The notes under the pieces were generated by a model. The model saw only the letters and a program-made list of their open reading frames with translations. It was not told the DNA's origin and made no database searches. 64,000 nucleotides of DNA, from the sequence record OR544955. One strand, 5' to 3'. This document shows, one piece after another, positions 32,789-41,422 of this stretch; positions within the stretch are counted from its first letter, which is position 1, and the number at the start of each line of letters is the position of its first letter. The position numbers and the translations under genes are program-made. The stretch is from Escherichia phage vB_EcoP_EP32B.

Positions 32789-33186
32789 TGTCTAATATCA
32801 ATAAACTTTATTCAGATATCGACCCAGAAATGCGTATGGATTGGAACAAGGACGTTGCTCGTTCTGTAGGACTTCGTTCTATTAAAAATAGTCTTCTTGG
32901 CATAGTGACAACTAGAAAAGGCTCACGCCCCTTCGACCCTGAATTTGGATGCGATTTGGTTGATGAACTTTTCGAGAACATGACACCACTTACAGCCGAT
33001 ACGATTGAGCGTAATATCCAGGCAGCCGTCCGTAACTATGAGCCGCGCATCGACAAACTTTCTGTAAGTGTAACGCCAGTATATGATGACTATACAGTTA
33101 TAGTAGAGATTAGATTTTCGGTCGTAGATAACCCTGATGATATCGAACAAATCAAACTTCAGTTAGCGTCAAGCAATAGAGTGTAA
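32788..33186 (+). CDS. 25: Baseplate wedge subunit gp25
   Basis: 132 aa, identical to T4 gp25; N-terminus MSNINKLYSDIDPEMRMDWNKD. Confidence 0.82.
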   Translation: MSNINKLYSDIDPEMRMDWNKDVARSVGLRSIKNSLLGIVTTRKGSRPFDPEFGCDLVDELFENMTPLTADTIERNIQAAVRNYEPRIDKLSVSVTPVYDDYTVIVEIRFSVVDNPDDIEQIKLQLASSNRV

Positions 33187-33266
33187 TGCTTCAAGGCAAC
33201 CTATGTATAATGGTTTTAGGTCCTTCCGATACAGCCGGGAGATTATTAGTTAAAAGAGAGAATATT

Positions 33267-33680
33267 ATGAAGCTGGAAGATTTACAGGAAGAGTTAGACA
33301 CAGACTTAGCTATTGATACGACAAAGTTGCAATATGAGACAGCGAATAATGTTAAGTTATACAGCAAATGGCTACGTAAGCACTCATTTATTCGTAAAGA
33401 AATGTTGCGTATAGAGACTCAGAAGAAAACTGCTCTAAAAGCGAGATTAGACTACTACTCGGGACGAGGTGACGGTGATGAATTCAGTATGGACCGATAC
33501 GAGAAATCTGAAATGAAAACTGTCCTGGCTGCTGATAAAGATGTGCTTAAAATAGAGACTACTTTACAATACTGGGGAATTTTACTTGAGTTCTGTAGTG
33601 GTGCACTTGATGCAGTTAAGTCTCGTAGTTTTGCACTTAAACATATCCAGGATATGCGAGAATTTGAAGCGGGGCAATAA
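33267..33680 (+). CDS. uvsY: Recombination mediator UvsY
   Basis: ATG at 33267 gives 137 aa (T4 UvsY 137 aa) beginning MKLEDLQEELDTD...; track ORF starts further upstream in-frame. Confidence 0.85.
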   Translation: MKLEDLQEELDTDLAIDTTKLQYETANNVKLYSKWLRKHSFIRKEMLRIETQKKTALKARLDYYSGRGDGDEFSMDRYEKSEMKTVLAADKDVLKIETTLQYWGILLEFCSGALDAVKSRSFALKHIQDMREFEAGQ

Positions 33681-33877
33681 TGCGTTATTCAATTGAAGAT
33701 GCCTTTAATAATGATGAAGAATTTGAAACAGAAATTAAATTCTTAATGGAAAAGTATCGTCTACGACGTCAGGATATTCGTATCCTGGCAGACCACCCGT
33801 GTGGTGAAGACGTCCTTTATATTAAAGGAAAATTTGCCGGTGCGAGTGGTATAAATAGATATGTAATTTCAACTTAG
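33680..33877 (+). CDS. Hypothetical protein (uvsY.-2 position)
   Basis: 65-aa ORF overlapping uvsY stop. Confidence 0.5.
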   Translation: MRYSIEDAFNNDEEFETEIKFLMEKYRLRRQDIRILADHPCGEDVLYIKGKFAGASGINRYVIST

Positions 33878-33886
33878 GAGGCAATC

Positions 33887-34054
33887 ATGTCAGATAAGAT
33901 TTGTGTTGTCTGTAAAACTCCAATCGATTCTGCATTGGTTGTTGAAACAGACAAAGGTCCAGCACATCCTGGTCCTTGTTATAATTATGTCCAACAATTG
34001 CCGGTTTCAGAAAGTTCAGAAGAGCAATTGAACGAAACCCAACTTTTACTATAG
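33887..34054 (+). CDS. Hypothetical small Cys-containing protein (55 aa; uvsY.-1 position)
   Basis: Strong RBS AGGAGG 7 nt upstream of ATG 33887; product MSDKICVVCKTPIDS...; below track cutoff; followed by bidirectional terminator. Confidence 0.5.
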   Translation: MSDKICVVCKTPIDSALVVETDKGPAHPGPCYNYVQQLPVSESSEEQLNETQLLL

Positions 34055-34074
34055 TGTTACCTTTTTTGCCTATG

Positions 34075-34112
34075 GTTTTTGGCCCTTCCAAAAAGGTCGG
34101 GCCTTTTTTTTT
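34075..34112. terminator. Bidirectional terminator between uvsY-side plus genes and uvsW.1/uvsW
   Basis: GC-rich stem (GGCCC...GGGCC) flanked by T6 upstream and T9 downstream, between convergent transcription units. Confidence 0.7.
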
Positions 34113-34114
34113 AA

Positions 34115-34345
34115 TTAGAAGTCTTCTTCCACATCCTCATCATCGCCTTCAAGTTCGGCACGCTTACCTGCTAAGGCATCCCTGACAGAAATATCATCTG
34201 TATCTTTTAATTCCGTTTCTTTTATACGTTTCTTATAATAAGCTTCCAATTCTTCAAGCCCTTCTAAGGTATGACAACTAGCAATTTTACCCATGAATTC
34301 GTCAATAGATGCTTCGTATAAAAATTGTTTAAATTCAAGTACCAT
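34115..34345 (-). CDS. Hypothetical acidic protein (uvsW.1 position)
   Basis: 76-aa ORF directly downstream of uvsW on the minus strand with RBS AGGAG. Confidence 0.55.
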   Translation of the reverse strand: MVLEFKQFLYEASIDEFMGKIASCHTLEGLEELEAYYKKRIKETELKDTDDISVRDALAGKRAELEGDDEDVEEDF

Positions 34346-34370
34346 TTTTATCTCCTAAGGGCCGAAGCCC

Positions 34371-35885
34371 TTATAAATTAATTGTTTTCATTACATAGTT
34401 AAATTTCTCATCAGCGTAACGTTGGATACGATCAATACCGTGTTTTAACAAGTAATTAAGATGAGTATACTTCTTTTTAGTATTTAATGATTTAGGTTTT
34501 ACACCTGCGTCATCTATGAGATCCCAAACTGTAGCAACAGCTTTAGAACCGTGCTTACGAAGCACACGACCTACGGTTTGAAGTACGATAATTTTTGATT
34601 TAACACCATGGGCAAAAATAACATGATGAAGATTCTTGACTGAAATACCAGTAGAGAATACTCCATATGATGCGACAATAATAATGCCTTTACCATTTTC
34701 TGCCATGACTTTAAGCGCATTACGTGTTTCAGTATCAACTTCACCTGATACGTAATAAACTTTTTCGTATCCAAGCTCTTTAATAGCTTCAAATATTTCT
34801 TTACCGTGTGTAACGTGTTTAAACATTACAAAGGCGTTCTCGTCTTTCTTAGCCAATTTGACTGAAAGTTGAGCAATCCACTTTGTACGACGTTTTAGTC
34901 CGGTAATAATTTTAACTTCTTCTTGGTATGTTTTACCTTTTAATTTAACGGCGAATTCGTCCGGATAACGAAGGAAAATACTATTAATCTTAAGCTCAGT
35001 TACCTGTCCGTCTTCCATTAATTTAGACGTGCTAACAGGACGGAAGATTTCGCCGAACATACCTACGTACTGCATTACATTGGCTTTTCCGTCTCTTAAT
35101 GAGCCGGATAAACCGAATTTAAACATGCAATTATTTAATCCTGAGATGATTGAAGAAATACTTTTGCCTGTTGCTAAGTGGCATTCATCATTCATCATCA
35201 TACCGAACTGAGAGAACCATTCTTTAGGCTGCTTAACTACCGTTTGCCATGTGCCAACAATAATTGGAGCGTCGTTTTTAGATTTGTCCGCTTTATCAGC
35301 ACCACCACCAATTTTCTTAATCATCGAATGACTAAACAAACGATAATCAACAAAATCGTTAGCCATCTGGGTTGTCAATGCTGTTGTAGGTACGATAATG
35401 AGAATTTTACCTTCATAGTTCTCTAGATAATACCGAGCTAAAAGTGCTTGGATTAGTGATTTACCTGCTGATGTCGGAAGGTTTAAAATTCGACGACGAT
35501 TAACTAGTCCTTCATATACTGCATCTTTTTGATACCAATGTGGTTCGATTTTGGCGTTGCCTGAATAAATTTCTTGTTTAGAAAGCCATGAGTCAAAATC
35601 TTCCCTGGTAAGGTCTTCAGTCTCAAAGATTTTAGGGTCAATCCATACAGAATAACTCATATTGTTACAGAACTTTTTTATTTGTCCTACAAGTCCATAT
35701 GGTAACAAACGATTGTAATCTAAAAGACGAATTCTACCATCCCATTGCCCATAGCGATATTTTGGGTTAAATTTATACCCGTCAGCTTCAAAGCTAAAAA
35801 AGTCACGAAGTTCGTAAAACGTACTTTCGTCGCATTCAATGCGAACGTGACTAAAATCATAAAAATGTACTTTAATGTCAGTCAT
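34371..35885 (-). CDS. uvsW: UvsW RNA-DNA and DNA-DNA helicase
   Basis: 504 aa; SF2 helicase motifs (LPTSAGKS Walker A-like; MMNDECH DExH box). Confidence 0.9.
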   Translation of the reverse strand: MTDIKVHFYDFSHVRIECDESTFYELRDFFSFEADGYKFNPKYRYGQWDGRIRLLDYNRLLPYGLVGQIKKFCNNMSYSVWIDPKIFETEDLTREDFDSWLSKQEIYSGNAKIEPHWYQKDAVYEGLVNRRRILNLPTSAGKSLIQALLARYYLENYEGKILIIVPTTALTTQMANDFVDYRLFSHSMIKKIGGGADKADKSKNDAPIIVGTWQTVVKQPKEWFSQFGMMMNDECHLATGKSISSIISGLNNCMFKFGLSGSLRDGKANVMQYVGMFGEIFRPVSTSKLMEDGQVTELKINSIFLRYPDEFAVKLKGKTYQEEVKIITGLKRRTKWIAQLSVKLAKKDENAFVMFKHVTHGKEIFEAIKELGYEKVYYVSGEVDTETRNALKVMAENGKGIIIVASYGVFSTGISVKNLHHVIFAHGVKSKIIVLQTVGRVLRKHGSKAVATVWDLIDDAGVKPKSLNTKKKYTHLNYLLKHGIDRIQRYADEKFNYVMKTINL

Positions 35886-35914
35886 GTCAAATTACCATGT
35901 AATAAATATAGTTA

Positions 35915-35922
35915 TATTTATA
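35915..35922 (-). promoter_or_regulatory. Late promoter for uvsW
   Basis: Plus TATTTATA = minus TATAAATA ~30 nt upstream of uvsW start. Confidence 0.6.
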
Positions 35923-35935
35923 ATGAGGAAATACC

Positions 35936-36604
35936 ATGATCGATAAAGACTATATTGAAGAGTTACGTGCTCTTTCTGATAAAAAGGAAGCCAAAGCTAA
36001 ACTGTTTGAATATGCGGAACAATTTGGTATTAGTGTTAAGAAAACAAAATCATTCGATAATATTGTTATTGATATCGAAGAAGCTCTTAACGCACTGGCT
36101 GATGAACCATTACCTGAAACTGATGGATTATCTATCACCGATTTAATTACTGCCGCAGATGATGTGGACAGTGTTAATTTCACCAACGAAGAAGTTAAAG
36201 AAGAAGCTATTCTGCTGTTTGATTCTCCAACAGAACAAGTTGAAGTATTAGAAGTTGTCGAACAAGAAATAGAATTCGACCATGATAAATTTGAAGAAGC
36301 AATTACTCAGGTTGTTGAATCTGAAAAAGAGCCTGAGCCAGAAGTAAATAAAGAAGTAAAATTTGTTCTGCCTGAAAATTTTAGTCCTACGCTTATTAAA
36401 TTAGGCAAAGGCCCAGGGTATGTTACTGTTCCTTGGTGGATTTATCAATGGATAGCCGAAACACCTGATTGGAAATCTCGCCCAACTAGTTTTGTACATG
36501 CTTCTGCTCACCAAACATTATTTAGCTTAATTTATTATATTAATCGCGATGGATCAGTTCTAATTCGCGAAACTCGTAATTCTTCTTTCGTAACATTAAA
36601 ATAA
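35936..36604 (+). CDS. Hypothetical acidic protein at the position of Inh (prohead protease inhibitor)
   Basis: 222 aa (T4 Inh 226) between uvsW and hoc; assignment by synteny and size only. Confidence 0.4.
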   Translation: MIDKDYIEELRALSDKKEAKAKLFEYAEQFGISVKKTKSFDNIVIDIEEALNALADEPLPETDGLSITDLITAADDVDSVNFTNEEVKEEAILLFDSPTEQVEVLEVVEQEIEFDHDKFEEAITQVVESEKEPEPEVNKEVKFVLPENFSPTLIKLGKGPGYVTVPWWIYQWIAETPDWKSRPTSFVHASAHQTLFSLIYYINRDGSVLIRETRNSSFVTLK

Positions 36605-36613
36605 GGATAACTT

Positions 36614-38029
36614 ATGGCCTTCACTGTCACGTTATCTCCTCTAACTCCTACAGGGGTTATTGGAGGTTCACAAACATTCACTGCTACACCCGCAGGTGAA
36701 GCTCCAGACGGTACTATTACATACGTCTGGACTGTAGATGATATAACACAGGGCTCTACAGCTGCTACAATGGATTATACTCTTGCTTCTCCAGCAGGAA
36801 CAAAAAAAATTAAAGTGGTTGCAACTAATACACTTTCCGAAGGAGATCCGGAAATAGCTGAAGCATCAACAACTATCACTGTTAATAAGAAAGAAAATAA
36901 TTCCACTATCACTGTTACTCCGGCTTCTCCAGCGGCAGTAGAAATTGGAACAGCAACAACATTCACTGCTAATGTAAACAATAAACCTACTGGTGCTGCT
37001 ATTGCTTATACATGGAAAGTTGACGGGGTCGCTGTCGACGGTCAAAAACAATCAACCTTTGAATATACACCAACATCTGAAGGAACTAAGTCTATAACTT
37101 GCTCTGCCACAGTGACTGCAACTGATTACGTTGATAAAACGGTAGAATCATCAGCGGTTTCTTTGACTGTAAATAAAAAGGCTAATTCTTCAACGCTAAA
37201 AATTACACCAGAGTCTCCGACTACAGTCTTTGGTGTTCCTATTACTTTAACTGCAAATGTCTCTAGTGCACCTTCAGGTGCTACTACATCATTCCAGTGG
37301 TCAATGGATGACAGTAATATTCCAGATGCAACTTCTGCTACGTATAAATTCACTCCAACCGAGGTCGGAAGTAAAACTCTTAAATGCACCGTATCTGTTT
37401 CTGCAACAAATTATGTTACAAAAGAAATTTCAGCAGAAGCAACAGTAGTAACTAATAATGCGACATTTAATAGTGCCACCATTTCTTTATCTCCGCCATC
37501 AGTTAATACTACTGTTGGTGAAACTGCAACTTTAACAGCATCTGTTACTGGTGCTCCGGGTGATACTAATATTGTGTATTCTTGGAAGAAAGACAACGTA
37601 GCAGAAAGTAATTCTACTAATACTTACAGTATTGATACCTCCTCGGCAGGTACTCATACAATTAAAGTTGAAGCAGTATTAACTAAAGATAATTATACTT
37701 CAAAGACAATTAGTTCAACCGCTGAAGTTGTTATTGCTGAACGGACTCCAATTGAACCAGAAGGTGAACTACCTTATGTTCATCCTCTTCCGCATCGTAC
37801 TTCAGCTTACATCTGGTGCGGATGGTGGGTTATGGATGAAATCCAAAAAATGACTGAAGAAGGTAAAGATTGGAAAATTGACGATCCAGATAGTAAGTAT
37901 TACTTGCATCGTTATACGCTTCAGAAGATGATGAAAGACTACCCAGAAGTTGATGTTCAAGAATCACGTAATGGATACATCGTCCATAAAACTGCTTTGG
38001 AAACTGGTATCATCTATACATATCCATAA
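36614..38029 (+). CDS. hoc: Hoc outer capsid protein with four tandem Ig-like domains plus C-terminal capsid-binding domain
   Basis: 471 aa; four ~93-aa repeats each starting near ...ITVTP/LKITP/ATISLSP and ending ...Y.WK.DD / ...TV.NKK; Trp-rich C-terminus (YIWCGWWVMDE). Confidence 0.8.
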   Translation: MAFTVTLSPLTPTGVIGGSQTFTATPAGEAPDGTITYVWTVDDITQGSTAATMDYTLASPAGTKKIKVVATNTLSEGDPEIAEASTTITVNKKENNSTITVTPASPAAVEIGTATTFTANVNNKPTGAAIAYTWKVDGVAVDGQKQSTFEYTPTSEGTKSITCSATVTATDYVDKTVESSAVSLTVNKKANSSTLKITPESPTTVFGVPITLTANVSSAPSGATTSFQWSMDDSNIPDATSATYKFTPTEVGSKTLKCTVSVSATNYVTKEISAEATVVTNNATFNSATISLSPPSVNTTVGETATLTASVTGAPGDTNIVYSWKKDNVAESNSTNTYSIDTSSAGTHTIKVEAVLTKDNYTSKTISSTAEVVIAERTPIEPEGELPYVHPLPHRTSAYIWCGWWVMDEIQKMTEEGKDWKIDDPDSKYYLHRYTLQKMMKDYPEVDVQESRNGYIVHKTALETGIIYTYP

Positions 38030-38041
38030 TCAAGGGGCTTC

Positions 38042-38066
38042 GGCCCCTTTCTTCGTTTTAAAGCAT
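38042..38066 (+). terminator. Intrinsic terminator after hoc
   Basis: GGGGC-TTCG-GCCCC hairpin followed by TTTCTT. Confidence 0.7.
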
Positions 38067-38126
38067 ACAAACACATCTTGAGATTGATGTATATAATGGC
38101 ACAAACCAAATAATACGGGGTTGATT

Positions 38127-38321
38127 ATGAGAGCTGAAGTTGAAGTTTATACACTACATGAGGCGGGATTTTCATTCGTAGAAATTGCTCAAAAAATCGG
38201 TTTACAGCCTAAAGAAGTTGGATTACTATGGACTAAAGCCGAGACAGCTCGGTCAAAGTTTAAAGCAAAAGAAAAAGTTGTATACCGTAAACGTCTGATT
38301 AACAAAAAGGTGAAGAAATGA
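38127..38321 (+). CDS. Hypothetical small protein with helix-turn-helix-like segment
   Basis: ATG at 38127 (MRAEVEVYTLHEAGFSFVEIAQKIGLQPKEV...); track ORF begins 6 nt earlier. Confidence 0.45.
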   Translation: MRAEVEVYTLHEAGFSFVEIAQKIGLQPKEVGLLWTKAETARSKFKAKEKVVYRKRLINKKVKK

Positions 38322-38569
38322 GTTTTGCACAGGAATTAAGAGAAAGGGCCCTGGCCACTAAAGCTAATTTGTTGAGTGATTTTATTACTAACTTCTCTGT
38401 GATGGCAGAGAAAGCCGCTGACAAAGGCCAGACACAATTTACATACTATCCATCAAAGAATGATTTAACTATCACCGAGCAAGTCGGGCAATGGCTTCGT
38501 GATAACGGCTTTCAGTACAAAATTAATCATGACCAGCGCGATGGTCATTGGATAGAAATCAAGTTCTAA
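38318..38569 (+). CDS. Hypothetical protein (24.x position)
   Basis: 83-aa ORF, start overlaps previous stop. Confidence 0.45.
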   Translation: MSFAQELRERALATKANLLSDFITNFSVMAEKAADKGQTQFTYYPSKNDLTITEQVGQWLRDNGFQYKINHDQRDGHWIEIKF

Positions 38570-38571
38570 TA

Positions 38572-38601
38572 TGCTTTACATTTTTTGATGGTATAATGAA
38601 T
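38572..38601 (+). promoter_or_regulatory. MotA-dependent middle promoter upstream of rnlB
   Basis: ATATGCTTTAC (TGCTTTA 38575-38581) 13 nt upstream of TATAAT 38595-38600. Confidence 0.55.
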
Positions 38602-38688
38602 CTAGGTTCTATCCATTCAAATTAAACATCTGGACGGAGACAGAGTCTCTGCTAATTATTTTGATATTATTATTTATAATGGTGATTT

Positions 38689-39687
38689 ATGTTTAAGAAA
38701 TACAGCAGTCTTGAAAACCACTACAACTCTAAGTTTATTGAAAAACTCTACACTAATGGTTTGACTACTGGTGTTTGGGTAGCACGTGAGAAAATCCATG
38801 GGACCAACTTTAGTTTAATTATTGAACGTGACAACGTCACATGCGCCAAGCGCACAGGCCCTATTCTTCCGGCAGAAGATTTTTATGGTTATGAAATCGT
38901 ACTCAAGAAGTATGATAAAGCTATTAAAGCCGTTCAGGAATTCATGTACACAGCTCGAGCTGTATCATATCAAGTATTTGGTGAATTCGCTGGTGGTGGA
39001 ATCCAGAAAGGTGTTGACTACGGTGAAAAAGATTTTTATGTGTTCGATATCCTTATCAATACAGAAAGTTGTGATAATACGTATTTGACCGATTATGAAA
39101 TGCAAGATTTCTGTAATGAATTCGGTTTTAAAATGGCACCAATGCTTGGTCGTGGCACATTTGATGCTCTTATCATGATTCCAAACGACCTTGATTCTGT
39201 CTTAGCCGCTTATAATGCTACAGCGTCAGAAGACCTTGTCGAAGCAAATAATTGCGTATTTGATGCTAATGTTATTGGTAATAATACTGCGGAAGGTTAT
39301 GTTCTGAAGCCCTGTTTCCCTAAATGGTTGCCAAACGGTACTCGTGTAGCTATTAAGTGCAAGAACTCTAAATTCAGTGAAAAGAAAAAGTCTGATAAGC
39401 CTATTAAAACTCAGGTTCCATTAACCGAAATTGACAAAAACTTACTTGATGTTCTAGCTTGTTATGTTACATTAAATCGTGTTAATAATGTGATTTCTAA
39501 GATTGGGACTGTAACGCCAAAAGATTTTGGCAAAGTGATGGGATTGACTGTTCAAGATATTCTGGAAGAAACTTCTCGTGAAGGTATTGTATTAACATCA
39601 TCTGATAATCCGAATCTTGTTAAGAAAGAATTAGTCCGAATGGTGCAAGATGTTCTGCGTCCTGCATGGATTGAATTAGTATCATAA
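38689..39687 (+). CDS. rnlB: RNA ligase 2
   Basis: 332 aa (T4 Rnl2 334); N-terminus [21 protein letters not shown] and nucleotidyl-transferase motif [11 protein letters not shown]. Confidence 0.88.
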   Translation: MFKKYSSLENHYNSKFIEKLYTNGLTTGVWVAREKIHGTNFSLIIERDNVTCAKRTGPILPAEDFYGYEIVLKKYDKAIKAVQEFMYTARAVSYQVFGEFAGGGIQKGVDYGEKDFYVFDILINTESCDNTYLTDYEMQDFCNEFGFKMAPMLGRGTFDALIMIPNDLDSVLAAYNATASEDLVEANNCVFDANVIGNNTAEGYVLKPCFPKWLPNGTRVAIKCKNSKFSEKKKSDKPIKTQVPLTEIDKNLLDVLACYVTLNRVNNVISKIGTVTPKDFGKVMGLTVQDILEETSREGIVLTSSDNPNLVKKELVRMVQDVLRPAWIELVS

Positions 39688-39690
39688 CGA

Positions 39691-39717
39691 AAAAGGGACC
39701 GTAAGGTCCCTTTTTTT
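39691..39717. terminator. Bidirectional terminator between rnlB and gene 24
   Basis: AAAA-GGGACC-GTAA-GGTCCC-TTTTTTT between convergent genes; overlaps gene 24 stop. Confidence 0.8.
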
Positions 39718-40999
39718 ATTCATCAATGATAATTTTTGGTAGCTTAACACCGAGTAAAACAGACAAGTCTGAACGTCCTGCCATTTTATCCATGTCCCCG
39801 CCATCAATTATTCTCGCTTCTTTTTCATCTTTTGCTACTGTGTAAGGATTTGCTGATAAGGCATATCTAACCAATAATCCGATAGACGGTTGCAAGCTTT
39901 CTGGATCAACTACAACTTTAAATGCACCGACATGTTCCGGGTCATCTAAATCCACTCCTTCAGTATATGGAGCATAAAAGATGGACCCTACAATTTCTTT
40001 TTCGCCGAGATTTTCTACAACACCCACAATAACATAATCTAACGGGCTGTTGGTATCGCAGTAAAGAGGTAATCCATTTGCCAAGAATCCATAAGCATTT
40101 TGTGAAAGATACTTGTCATCTTCTGGCTTATGTTTTAACCAACCGGAAGCAGCAAGAATAGCAGCTGCACGAGCTGAGGCTACACAAAACGTTGCAGTAT
40201 AAGTTGTCTCTTTTTGGATGTGTGATACCATTTCACACACCATTCGATATAACGAACGACCTGCTTCTGGAGCGGATGCATAGCTCAAGTCAATAAATCC
40301 GGTGTCAGTAATTCCAGTAACTTTATAACGTTTCGATACAGTAATTAAAGACTGAAGAATATCTTTATTAATTTCATCTGCCATTTCAGTAGCAAGCAAA
40401 TCTTCTAAGAAGTTAGGGGCATCAAATCCATTCGCTTCCAAATCTTGCGCTAATTCAACCGTGAGGCCAGTTTTAAGTTTACGAGATTTGACTGAAGTTT
40501 GCCATTTATTAATCTGGAATCTTGCATCAGAAATTTCGCTATCAGAGCTTTCAAATTTGCTTGTTACCGCTGCATCTGAAAATAACCGTACCTTTAAATG
40601 AACGACCGCAATCTGAAGAGCTAATTCTAGATCACTTTCTTGAATATCTGCAAATGGTGTATCTTCTAACACTTTATAGACGATATTATTATATTTGAAA
40701 AAATCGCCTTTATTTAGTGTGACTTTTGATTCTTCTGTGAGTTCGGTAATTTTTTCTCGGTCTACATATCCAACTTCACCAGCATAAGTAGCACCGGTTT
40801 TAAATGTGAATTCGTTATCTGGGTTAAGATATTTGATACCATAAAAAGCAGCAACAGGTTGATTAGTTCTTTGTGTTGCTACAATGTCAGAATATATTAA
40901 TTTAGTCGTAGCGCGAGTCAAAGCAACGAGATTTGGGCGACCAATTGAGTTGCTAGTAGACGTTGTAGATTCACGCAATAATTTTTGGATTTTACTCAT
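39716..40999 (-). CDS. 24: Capsid vertex protein gp24
   Basis: 427 aa, identical to T4 gp24 length; late promoter 28 nt upstream; paralogous to gp23. Confidence 0.88.
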   Translation of the reverse strand: MSKIQKLLRESTTSTSNSIGRPNLVALTRATTKLIYSDIVATQRTNQPVAAFYGIKYLNPDNEFTFKTGATYAGEVGYVDREKITELTEESKVTLNKGDFFKYNNIVYKVLEDTPFADIQESDLELALQIAVVHLKVRLFSDAAVTSKFESSDSEISDARFQINKWQTSVKSRKLKTGLTVELAQDLEANGFDAPNFLEDLLATEMADEINKDILQSLITVSKRYKVTGITDTGFIDLSYASAPEAGRSLYRMVCEMVSHIQKETTYTATFCVASARAAAILAASGWLKHKPEDDKYLSQNAYGFLANGLPLYCDTNSPLDYVIVGVVENLGEKEIVGSIFYAPYTEGVDLDDPEHVGAFKVVVDPESLQPSIGLLVRYALSANPYTVAKDEKEARIIDGGDMDKMAGRSDLSVLLGVKLPKIIIDE

Positions 41000-41026
41000 T
41001 GCATTTTTTCCTTATGTGATATAGAT

Positions 41027-41034
41027 TATTTATA
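41027..41034 (-). promoter_or_regulatory. Late promoter for gene 24
   Basis: Minus-strand TATAAATA 28 nt upstream of gene 24 start. Confidence 0.65.
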
Positions 41035-41040
41035 AAGATT

Positions 41041-41070
41041 GTTTACAACGTATTTGGTATGTGATACTAT
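41041..41070 (+). promoter_or_regulatory. T4-type early promoter for ORF 41101..41370
   Basis: GTTTAC 41041-41046; TGATACTATAGAC -10 region (same module as 18351/18794). Confidence 0.55.
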
Positions 41071-41100
41071 AGACTTATCAACTACAGAGGAGTAAACAAA

Positions 41101-41370
41101 ATGACTAAAGCACGTTTCTTACGAGATACTTTAAAAGTTCTGGAAGCTGAAGCAGTTAAGTTAGTAGAAAAATATGGTGCAAAAGTTAATGGTAATGCCT
41201 TCAACAAAGTATGGATGAAAGTTGATTCTGAAGCTCGAGCTAAAGGTTATTGGGCCACTGATAAACTTGCATCATTCAAAAACAAAGACGGTTCTCCAGC
41301 ATATATCCAAGAAGGTATGCCTAATTGGCAAAATATTTTGAAAACTTACATCAAAATTGCACAGAAATAA
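41101..41370 (+). CDS. Hypothetical protein on the early-sense strand between genes 24 and 23
   Basis: 89-aa ORF with its own early-type promoter (41041-41070) and RBS GGAG. Confidence 0.5.
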   Translation: MTKARFLRDTLKVLEAEAVKLVEKYGAKVNGNAFNKVWMKVDSEARAKGYWATDKLASFKNKDGSPAYIQEGMPNWQNILKTYIKIAQK

Positions 41371-41398
41371 AACCAAAAATGGGAGACCGAAGTCTCCC
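41371..41398 (-). terminator. Intrinsic terminator after gene 23 (inverted copy of the gene 32 terminator hairpin)
   Basis: Minus strand reads GGGAGACTTCGGTCTCCC followed by ATTTTTGGTTTT. Confidence 0.8.
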
Positions 41399-41422
41399 AA
41401 AATAAGATTTAATCAATTAAGA

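Noticed and set aside
33885-34091. Track ORF 33885..34091 on the minus strand (68 aa)
   Set aside because: The plus strand here carries a 55-aa ORF with a perfect AGGAGG RBS in the sense orientation of the uvsY operon; the minus-strand ORF lacks signals and overlaps the bidirectional terminator.
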